From the NCBI GenBank assembly GCA_050084515.1, contig CM114271.1, positions 38,874,001 through 38,938,000 of the forward strand: a stretch of DNA of 64,000 nucleotides. The letters are read 5' to 3'. Position 1 is the first letter of the stretch. Every line of letters begins with the position of its first letter. The translations under genes and the position numbers were made by a program. Of this stretch, positions 39,421 to 50,076 are shown piece by piece. This stretch comes from Blasia pusilla (taxonomy: Eukaryota). The notes under the pieces were generated by a model. That model saw only the letters and a program-made list of their open reading frames with translations, made no database searches and was not told the DNA's origin.

Positions 39421-39713
39421 CTGAGCAGAGACGGATGTGAGTGTCATCCATGCCGTCACGTCCACGAGTTGGACCATTGCCTACAGGGTCTCTACAGGCA
39501 TTGGCTGGGGGCGGGACGAGGAGAGATAGGCACCCATGGACTTCTTGGAACGTCGTTCGAGCGGAGAGTGAGAAGGCGGCCAGAGTAGCACATGTTCATT
39601 TTTTGGATGTGGAGCATGGTGTAGGAGGTCAGAGTGGAGTGGCTATTGCAGAGGTGGCTAGGGTTGCTACATAGCAACCAAAGCTGGAGATTGCATCCTC
39701 TCCGAGTGAGGTC

Positions 39714-41108
39714 ATGATGGAGACTTACGAGCCTATGATACGTCTCAAGTTGATAGGAGGAGAGCGACGGCGAGTTCATAGGTTTCTGAGAAGGCATGTT
39801 AGTTGTTTTGCCTTCAGTATGAGAGACTTGGGTACGCTGAAGGGTCCCGGGGTACGGATTGAGTTGGCTAGTGATACGCCGATCTTTTGTCGATCCTACT
39901 GGTATTCTAATATGGAGCAAGCCTTGATTCAGAGTAGGAGTCAGGACTTGTTGGAGGCAGGACTTGTGGAGTTATCACATGGGGAGTATGCATCTGCCAC
40001 AGTCATGCCGGCGAAGAAGGATATGTATGGCAATTGGACGGATAGGCGGATGTGTGGAGATTACCGTCCTATCAACCGACAGACGAGGTCAGATTGGCTC
40101 GCCATGCCTACACCTGAGGAGATCTTTGATGCGGTAGGGCATGCAAAGATCTTCAATACTTTAGATCTCCGTGTTGGCTATCATCAGCTTCCTATCAGGT
40201 TGGAGGACAAGAAGAAGACAGCATTATGGGGGATGGATCGGTTTGGGAGAGATTGCTTGTATCAATGGCGATTCTTACCATTTGGGTTGAAGAATGCGCC
40301 CGCGGAGTTTCAGAGAGTGATGGATAGGATTCTGGCTGGCTTGGAGTTTGTACGATGTTACATAGATGATATTCTTATCTTCAGTTCCACGGTTGAGCAA
40401 CATGAGCGACACTTGGAAGAGGTGTTTCGGCGATTGCAGTTACATGGACTTGAGTTACATCCAGGCAAGTGCACATTCTTTTAGGAGCAGATTGAGTACT
40501 TGGGACACACCATATACCCGAGTGGATTAGGCGTTCAGCACACAAAGGTAGAGGCTCTTGGGAAGATTCCACGCCTTACAGGTGTGATTCGAGTCCGAGC
40601 ATTTCTTGGATTGGCGAGCTTCTATCGACGGTATGTCAAGGGTTTTAGTACGATCGCAAAGTCTTTGACCTTTTTGACAAGACTTGATCAGGTTTGGTTG
40701 TGGGGAGATAATCAAGAGCAAGCATTTCAGGAGCTCAAGGACAGGTTGACGTCCTCACCCATTTTACAGAGACCGGTTAGGAGTCGCCCATTCCAATTAC
40801 ATACGGATTGGAGCGTGTTGGGTCTAGGAGCAGTGCTTACTCAGAGAGATGACGAGGAAAGGGAGTTCATTGTGGCTTACGCAAGCCGATCGAACAACAT
40901 TGCAGAGGCAAAGTATAGCTCTTACAAGGGAGAGTGCTTGGCTGTAGTGTGGGTTGTGGCACATTTCAGGTGCTATTTATTCGGCAACCCTTTCACACTT
41001 ATCACTGATCATCAGCCGTTGAGGTGGTTGATGAAGTCTGACAAGCTTACGGGAAAGCTTGCCAGGTGGGCTCTATTACTACAAGAATATGAGTTTGGTG
41101 GTTCATAG
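39714..41108 (+). pseudogene. pol: Reverse transcriptase and RNase H
   Basis: RMCGDYRPIN, LDLRVGYHQL, LPFGLKNAP, YIDD; single in-frame TAG at 40482-40484; then LHTDWS, VAYASR, ECLAVVW and TDHQPL. Confidence 0.96.
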
Positions 41109-41499
41109 GCCAGGTCGGGTGAACCAAGATGCGGATGGGTTGGTCATAACCCATGTCCGAGTCAGAGAGACGACACATGAGCTTGATGGCACGGAGAGAG
41201 TGATGAGGAGATGGTGCCCGGTTGGCATGCATCTGCCTATCTTTGTTGGTTGACTATGGTAGGTCAGCCATAGGTGATGACTGTAGTGGTGGGGTTGGAT
41301 GATGAATCTTTGGATCCGTAGATCAGTGAGGAGGCGACAGGTGGTCATGATATCCATGACGACGTGGAGGTTATGGAGTTCTTGCGCATTGGCGTCATAG
41401 CGAGCATAGTGAGTGTTAGGGAGCGGGATCGGATCCTACAGAGAGCCACGAGGTTCAGGTGGGAGGGGACTCACATTTTGTGGGTATGGGGAGATGGTA

Positions 41500-42560
41500 G
41501 GATACGAGTGGTACCTCATCCTTCCGAGCAAGCACGTGTAGTGCGACATGCCCATGAGGAGTTGGGACATTTTAGAGTAAAGCGTACTTACACCTTACTC
41601 CATGTTCAAAATTCGTGGTGCGGCATGCATACTGGGGTACAGAAATTTGTGGCCAGATGTATGGTATGTGACAAAGTGCGAGCATCTTGCAATGCTCCCA
41701 CTCCGCAATTACATCATTCGCCGATTATTTTTTTAGGTTATCGGTGGAGTTTAGACTTTGTGGGACCTTTGCCATTGATGGGGCATCATCACAGGTATGA
41801 GTTGGTCATTTCTCCAAGTGGATACAAGGCGAGTGAGTGAATAGCTTATGCGTTTCTAGATCGTGTGCTTGGTCACTTTGGTGCACCGGCGGAGGTGTTG
41901 ACTAACCAGGGTACCGAGTTCATGGGAGAGTTTCAGGCCTTGTGTGATCAGGCACTAATAGATCACCACACCACGTCCAAAGATCATCTTGAGGCGGATG
42001 GGTTGGCAGAGAGAGTAGTATAGACGGTGAAGAAAGGATTGAGCAAGTATGGCTTGCAGCGGGGATAGTTGAGGGAATGGGACCTACATTTGCCATTGTT
42101 GGCTATGGGTTATCACTTTAGTCGGCAGGCATCCTTGGCGTCATTTTCATCGTACTTTTTTCTCTTTGGGAGAGACCTAGATTTACGTGAAGCTATTCAA
42201 TATGACATGGTGCAGGTGTTAGATCTTGATGATCCAGATGTATGGGTACAAGCATGTTCTCAAAGGGCGGAGATTTTTCGTAGAGTTATGCCTATGGCCT
42301 TTGAGAACTTAGCTATTGCTGAGCATAGAGATACATTGAGGTATGCGACCATTCGTGGAGGAGGTTATTGTCCAAGTATTAGGAGGTTTCATCCTCGAGA
42401 TTATGTGTATTTACAGCAGGCGGCACCCACGACGCTAGATGTCACTACAGGGCGCATGATCCTACGTGTGCGCGAGGTATTACTGACCGGAGTTCTCATA
42501 TTGGAGGGACGGGATGGTATGTTTTGGAAGGATCGTGTGCGCAATTATGCGCCATATCAT
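41500..42560 (+). pseudogene. DDE integrase, decayed
   Basis: HHCC region HAHEELGH...CMVC; WSLDFVGP; VLTNQGTEF (D-to-N at the catalytic position); DGLAERVV. Confidence 0.9.
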
Positions 42561-42617
42561 CTTCCAAACGTAGATGGGACAGTGGATCCAAGCTTGGCAG
42601 TGGTACCTGTAGGCTTG

Positions 42618-42761
42618 AGGTGTATGTTGTGCAGATCTGCGAGGGGTGCAGCCATCATGTTGGTATGTGATGGTTGTTCTCAAGGGTGGCATATGTCATG
42701 TCTGAACCCCCCTCTTGATGTAGTTCCCACAGGACGATGGATATGTCCGAGATATGTATAG
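42618..42761 (+). other. PHD finger at the pol C-terminus
   Basis: CMLC...MLVCDGCSQGWHMSCLNPPLDVVPTGRWICPRY fits the C4HC3 pattern with the last Cys changed to Tyr. Confidence 0.9.
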
Positions 42762-42841
42762 GATAGTAGGTCATGTTAGAGAGATGAGATATTGTCTATC
42801 TGGAGTTAGGGGGATCCAACTGCCAACTAGGGGAGCGGTTC

Positions 42842-43594
42842 TGTGATGTCCATATATATATATGAGTTGATTTCTGTACATGTGTGGATCTACCCGGGTG
42901 TGGGGAAGATTGGTGTTATGTAGTGTAGATGTGACCAGCGATGTATGTTGTGTAGCGATATGGATGCACACGAGAGTTGTCACATCTGAGTAGCTGATAG
43001 GCCGAGATCTATCGTGGATAGGGCGTAGGAGCCAAAGGACTGTCTTGAGTGTAACTTTATCCCACAGTGTCAGATGAGGTTGAGGATAGGTCCATTGTGT
43101 CAGGAACGTTGTTTCTGACAACTTTCTTGTTGAGGTCTTTCACAACCGGGTGACTTGTTGACCAGGTCACCCGCCCTGGTAACTTGTGCGCGCAGGTTAC
43201 CAGGAGGATAACTATTTTTAGGAGAAGAGCCTTTTGGCTCTTCCCGACCCTATATAAGGGAGGAAGATGACTTTCCCAAGCCATCTTTCTCATGTTGGGC
43301 CGCTGGAGCACCTCTCTTGTATGTGTGTGAGATAAGACTAGGGTGCTAGTGTCCGGATTCCTTGATAGCGCAGGATGGACGAGGCTCGATATGCCAATGT
43401 AGATTGAGGAGTGGAGTTTTAGGCTGGGTGTGCCGTTTTTACTACTCTTTATTTTTGTTGTGTGATGTCCATGTATATGTATGAGTTGATTTATGTACAT
43501 GTGTGGATCTATCCGGGTGTGGGGAAGATCGGTGTTGTGTGGTGTAGATGTGACTAGCGATGTATGTTATGTAGCGATATGTATGCGCACGACA
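42842..43594 (+). repeat. 3' terminal region B1 (42842-42975), A2 (42978-43456), B2 (43461-43594)
   Basis: TGTGATGTCCAT...GATCTA.CCGGGTGTGGGGAAGAT...CACGA occurs at 42842 and 43461 on either side of A2; purine-rich AGGGGAGCGG lies just before B1. Confidence 0.92.
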
Positions 43595-44539
43595 ACACTA
43601 ACATCCGACTGTTAAAAATTGATATCCTACGATCGAGAACCTGCAAAATATCTTGCATTCTGCAAGCTCTGCGTTCGGAATTGCCTTGTTGTAGAGGCCG
43701 CAAGGAATTGCCTTGTTGTAGGGTCCGTTAAGAGTAGAGATGGAAAATGAGTTCGATGGTATAGGGAAATTAGGAAGACTAAATGACCCTTTGTTATATC
43801 TAGAAGAGAGATAGCAAATTGGGGGAGTCCTTACCCCCTTGAGAGCAACGAAGAATGGGGGAAGATGTGGAGGTTGGGCATGGAAGGGCAACAAGAAGGG
43901 TGGAATGTGGCGGGGGTCAAGGGCCGAGAGTGAGAGAAGTGGGAGGGCAAGAGGGGAAGGGGAACCAAAATTGGGAAGCAAAAAGTATGCAGAAAAAAAA
44001 ATTGTGGATCTTTATGAAATCCACATGAAAGTTGCAAGTAGCAACAACTTTATGATGAGAAACCCATGCATTCACTTTGGAAAAAACTTCAGAAAAAATT
44101 AAATCATTCAATGTTTAACAAATCTTGAAGATACAAACAAGGATACAAAATAGCCGGCCTAGTCTATTTGTATGTTCTTTGTAGAGCTTTGATGGAACTT
44201 GGATATGGAGAAAAATTCACATAGGAGAATGTGCTATCGTAATGGTTCATCACAGATATATGACTAGTCTATAAAATAGGGTATTACCTATTCTCTTCTA
44301 TACTATGAATAGAAAAAAATTTCTTCATTTTGCGTTAAGGAATAGGGATCTATTCCAAAATTGATTTATGTCATATAATAATGACTCCTTTGAAGTTTTT
44401 GTTAGAAATATTAATCTAGATGTTTCCTCATATAAGTGAGTCATTAAGATTAAAGGTGCAAGTCAAGAAGTAGAAATTAAATATCCAACATCACTCTTAA
44501 TATCCACCCTATATGGACTATTGTCTTGAACCAATGCCA

Positions 44540-45370
44540 AGATCCTTCAAGTATCGCCAAAGCAAATCTCTATTCAAAGCTTTGGTGATAATGAAGATGT
44601 TTGCATAGGTATTGTATTTCAAACAATAGACTAAGTCCAAAACCTCTCTCTAAATCATTTCATTAAAAAAGTCAGTGTGATGTTGGATCTTAATTTGCTT
44701 GGTTCGAGTACGAAATGCAAGGCTACGTGAAACGGCATTGCAATTTTAATTATCACACTATATCACATTAGCAATTGCTAATCTTTCTCCTATATTCTCC
44801 AATAATCATCTTAACTAAAGTGCTTTACATCATACGTATAGCATGTCACCTTGTACTTAGCGTTGATAGAAGACAACGTCATGCTAATTGAGGTTGATAT
44901 GAAGAAAGAGCCATATCAACTTCCATTGGCGAGACCATTTTCTATATTACGTCATCCCAAATGTATTCAAAATTTCTCTAACATACTTTTGTTGAGGGAT
45001 AAAAAAATAGAATACAATTTTTGCTTAATCTCAAGGCCTACCAAGTAATGTAAAAGACTTAAAGGCTATATCCAACATTTCAAACTCAAATTTCAACGCT
45101 TCCTTCATTTCCTCTATCTTCTTGTTGTGGTGTATTGTGATAATGAGATTATCTATGTAAAGGACAATCTGTACACTTTGTCTTTGCAAAACTTATACAA
45201 ATGTTCTTCGGAGGGACTTTTAGTGAAGCCCTTTTCTTTGACGATGTATCAATTTGTTGATGCCATATCCTTTGAGCTTGCTTAAGCCAACATAATTCTT
45301 AACAAATACAAACACACATTCTCTTTTGATCCACATGTCTCAAAACCTAGTGGTTGATATCTATATGCCT
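44540..45370 (-). mobile_element. Highly decayed Ty1/Copia RT-RNase H remnant
   Basis: Minus-strand translations IVLYIDNLIIT (YVDD-like), FRTRTKQIKIQHH (TKHI-like) and IITKALNR (FTKAL-like) occur in Copia order. Confidence 0.7.
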
Positions 45371-47589
45371 CACCATTGGGACTTGCCAAAACCCACCAAA
45401 AGGGTTTTGTCAACTAGACTCAACCTTGGTGGCTAGAAAACGCAAATTCTTCTCTAATCATAGAATCAAGAAGGAGTGTGAAGCACTCCTCTTTGAGTTC
45501 AACTTTACACTAAACTCATGGACTTAAGCAATTAGAAACCCCACTTGCCTCAAATATACAAACTCCAAACCATCTTGAAACTTTAGGTATTGTAGAGTGA
45601 ACCAATTGTCAATCTACACTTTAAACTCCTCCCAATTCAAAGAGGACATACTACGTAGCTAAATGATCTTTGCACCTCCTCCTCTACCCATGGTGCTTCA
45701 AATTTAAGCTCGAGTTTGGTGAGGAACTCCTTGACCTTATGTGAACTCATCATTCTTATGAATGGGAAGTTTCTTTTTGGAAGTGTACACCAGATCCATC
45801 TCCATCTCAAAAACTTGATTACTCTCTTAATTTAATTTCTTACAACATAGTTTTCATAAGGTCAATCATGTGAACATGATACATTGGGTCATTTTTTTTT
45901 GGAGCTAACAACTCCACCAAAGGATTTAGATTTCGGAATTTCTCGTACCTTGAACTTGTCGGCATATGTTAGGGACTACAACATCTTTCTTTGGATCTTG
46001 ATCAAATGCCAATTCTTCTCTCATTTTTGGGGCTTGAATCATTTTTGGTCATAAATACAGTCAACCACCAACCAAACCTCTCATTCTCCACGACAAGCAA
46101 GGCATTTAAGACTTGAGATAGACTTTCTCGATATTCTAAGGACTTGACATGACTCTAACGTCTTTGGAAATCATAACAGCCTAATGGACCTCATACAAGT
46201 CTCTAACCAAGACTCAACACATATGCATTGGGTCAAAGTCTAAGGTTAGGATCCAAAGCCTGTCTAATCAAACTAGGCTTGTTGTAAAAAACGGACAAAA
46301 TCCCATTGCCAACCTCCCAATCCATCTTGTATGTTTGCCTCAATCCCCAAGATTTCGAAGGTGGGGTTCATGCTCCAAAAATCCTTCAAGACCCTTCCTA
46401 TTATATATAGTTCTTGAGAGCTTTGGAACCCTCCTTTTTGCAAGTATCCTTCTTAGGTCGCTACTTCTAGTCCTCAACCCACATTGTCTTTTGATGGTTT
46501 TGGGCCTATTTCAAGAATTCTTCTTATGTTTGCTTAGATCTTTGGGATGTTGGAATTATCTCATCACAAGATATTTCAACACCATCTCATTCAAGCCAAA
46601 TGTGTCTTATGTTTGGAAACCTTCATGGAGTTCAACCCTTGTGGGGCTTGAACACTCATCAAGTTCCACCCTCCATTTGGTCATGCTCTTCTAAGTCACA
46701 ATCTTCATCATTTGAGATATCTATTTAGGCTTGCGTCTTGCAACTCACCCCTTGTTTAGAGACTCCAATTCATTGTAATCTTAATATAAGCCCACTAGAG
46801 TTTTGATTTTCCAACTTTGCTCACTTTGGTTATAAGGTTCATAACAATACCTACCAGCTACATGCAAGCATACACATGATGGACTTATTTGCACCTACAA
46901 CATATACAACTCTATTTTCTATTATTTTTATAAACAATTCCGTGACACATAAGGGCATGCCAACCACAAATGATGAATCGATAGCTCTATGATCAAGAAA
47001 TTATTGTATTTCTCTACTATAGATCAATATATATGATGTTGCATGTTCATTGATCTGATTGAGTGTAATTATCTAACTTGCGTGGGAATTATTATGGAAT
47101 AGATAGAGACTAGCAAACTATTGTCTCATCTAGCAAACAAAATGTGTTATATATTGGGACGACTATATACAAATCTGAACTTTTTTTAATCATGATCAAA
47201 TTTCCTAATTAATTAAAAAAAAAAAAAAAACGATTCAGAACTTGCTATTTCTCCACGCTCAACTATTTGTTTTGTGAGTTCTCTTTTCATCCCACGCAAA
47301 AATTTGTGAGTTTTACAACTAAGTCTTGCAAAAAAAGAAACCATTAAATACCTTGTGAGTGTTTCACAATTGCAACATGAGTATAAGAAAATGGTCGTTC
47401 GGACTTACAAACCACCTACAAATTGCAATTCCCAAACTACTACTATGTAATTACTCATGAACTTACAAGTGCTTTAGAGTTATGATATGATGACTTTTCA
47501 AGTGGATTTTGACTCCTAGGAGTTGCCTATTCCTCCCATTTATATTATTGAAATAATCTTGTTTAGTAAATTTGATCTCATATGAATCT

Positions 47590-47740
47590 CAAGACCTGCA
47601 CCTAAGTCTACCATGCAGAGCCTACGCGGGCCACAAAACCAATGTTGGCTCGGTGGGCTCAGAGGCACGCTTGGATGCCACGGGTACTTGGGTGGCATGT
47701 CCATCCTATGGACGGACGTATCCATTTCTATGCAACCTTG
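47590..47740 (-). mobile_element. Terminal fragment of the CAAGGTTGCA-ended element family
   Basis: Reverse complement CAAGGTTGCATAGAAATGGATACGTCCGTCCATAGGATGGACATG aligns with the sequence starting at 7469. Confidence 0.55.
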
Positions 47741-50076
47741 ATATTTTTTTGTTAGAATCCTTACGTTTGATCTTTCTCGTTGATAATCTGATTGTGGAAA
47801 TTTCATCTAACCTTGAACTCTCCCCTTATTCAATCAACATAGGTTTTCTAACAATAATCGTATGTTTATTTTTGTTGTTGTTGATCTAGATTGTCGCAAT
47901 GCTCAAAACCAAACACATACAAATGTAGAACATGAAAAATCTAGTAAGCTCAAACTAGGATGGAAACTCATCAAAGTCTCACAAGTGAGGCATAAGTTGC
48001 AGAATCTAGATGCAAATCTTGATGGGTGTCTCAAATAACGAAGGTTGTGACCTCCAAAAGTGTGAAAAAATCCGAAGGTGAAGTGGAACTTGAGAAAAGC
48101 TAAAGTCCCACAAAAGTATGACCTCAACGAGACTCCAACCTAACTTGGAAGTTGATTAAGCATTTGGTGGCTTTCCATATTAGATATCATAAAAAATTAG
48201 CCTAGTATGTGTTTAAGATGAATAAGTTGATATTAGAAATCTTGTGAGAAGTCGATTTTCAGGCACTAAAGATCTTAATAAACACATTAGTAGAAGTCTT
48301 GAAACAAACCCAAAATTATTAGAATGATAGTTTGGATTAATGGCCAAACTGAGGGGACCAAGGGGAATACTTGGATAAAGGGAGCATGAAAATTTCTCTA
48401 GAACTCTATATGCCTGGAAGGGTTTCCAAAGGAGTTTGGAACATGAACCTCACTGAAGGAATCATACACGTTCAACCAAGGGCATGTTATAGAGTGAGAG
48501 ACTGGTATGGAGATTTTGACTTCAAGTCAAGTCCAAATCATTTAAGTTTAGACCTTAACCTCTAACTTTGGTCAGTGGTTCAAATATATTCAATGTTCGA
48601 AGTCCAGTGGACAATAGAGTCCACCGAGTACACTTTTCAGATATGTAGACTGTCAAGAAAGTTGACCTCAACTCATAAATGACTTGCCGATGATGGGAAG
48701 TGAAGCACTGTATTAGTTTTTCACCTCGTCTAGGAGTGCTCAACTTGAAGGATAATTCCATATATAAACCCAAAATTGATCAAACCAACCATGGCTAATA
48801 TGATTGTGTCTAAATGTAAATGTAACAATGACGTGATCTACTAAATGAGAACCTTCGTGGTGACAAGACTTCACGATTCAACCACTTTTTTACATGGTGC
48901 TTATTGCATCACATACGCCTTTAAATGCTTAATTAATGGTGAGTATTCTCACATCATGCTTCTCATGATAATCGAGGATAAATCAATTTTTAAGGATGTA
49001 TGAAAAAGCTTTTAACTTAAGTAGGCCCCATGTGCCTAGAGGCATATGTGGCTTTGGCGTAACTCTAGGAGATCTATTTGGACTTGAATAATGATTAGTA
49101 TTACTTGATTCGTATGCAAAATCACAACTTGGGATGTGGAAAAGGTTGTTTCGACCCATGATTAGTATTACCACTTAAACGCTTGTTTAGTGATCTTGTA
49201 ATTTTAGATTTTATCCAGATTGTAATTTTAGATTTTATCCAGATCTTACTGTGGGGCCTACTAACAACCTAGTGGTTGGTTTTACCTCAAAATTGTCAAA
49301 GTTTCATGGCCTGCTACTGTACTTTTCCAACTGGACTCCATCTAGTCATATGACCAAATGTGTTATGGCAAGCACTTCAAGTAATTTTCAAGCTCCAAGG
49401 ACTGGCACATAAAAGATATGCCTACTTTCAAGAAACCTATCTGCTCTGCCAAAATCAAGGGCAGCATGCTCTACTTTTAAGAAACAGATGCTCTCTTCCA
49501 TTATGGATCACTTGATTACCTTCGGAAAAAGGAATTTGAACTCAACTCTTGCTTATGTGAACCAATACTTCCGTGCCCAGATCAACCGAGAAACACTGAA
49601 CAGATTCACCTCTTCACCAATCAGATGATTGCTAGTGGAAGTCGTAAACATGTGTGAAGTGGGGATGTGGAGGCATCTGATTTGTCAGTAATTTCAAGAA
49701 GACTCCCTATGTGGTGAGTGGGTGGGTTGGATAAGGATATCTCCCCATTAGATTTCTTCACATTGCTCTCCTATTCTAGAGGAAGGTAGTTTCCAAGGAC
49801 ATCTCATGCACACTGCCGGCCCATATGTCTGATAGAAACCCATAGAAAAGAAGACAGTCTACTCAATACAGGTGTAAGATTCTTGTCAATCTGACAACTG
49901 CATAATCCTTTCTACAGTGAAGAAAAGTGATCATGTGGGACATTATGCTTTTCTCATGAGTGCCCTCAACAAAGAGCCACATTTGACCTTCCATCACTGC
50001 CTTTTCACAGATGGGGAGAATTATGGTACAATAAGGACACGAGATTTACAACCACACTTGGTCTTTCAATATGTGA

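Larger units (their letters stand above)
33998..43594 (+). mobile_element. Ty3/Gypsy-type retrotransposon, decayed: gag-PR-DNMT-RT-RNaseH-INT-PHD
   Basis: TGTC...GACA termini flanked by ACAC on both sides (33994-33997 and 43595-43598); long direct repeat 33998-34477 / 42978-43456; Gypsy domain order (RT-RH-INT). Confidence 0.95.

Noticed and set aside
33998-43594. Classification as a DIRS/Ngaro element because of the split repeats
   Set aside because: It encodes a protease and an HHCC-DDE integrase; no tyrosine recombinase motif was seen.
45370-49200. Additional retroelement remnants
   Set aside because: Composition is TE-like, but no motif could be read with confidence apart from the 47590-47740 fragment.
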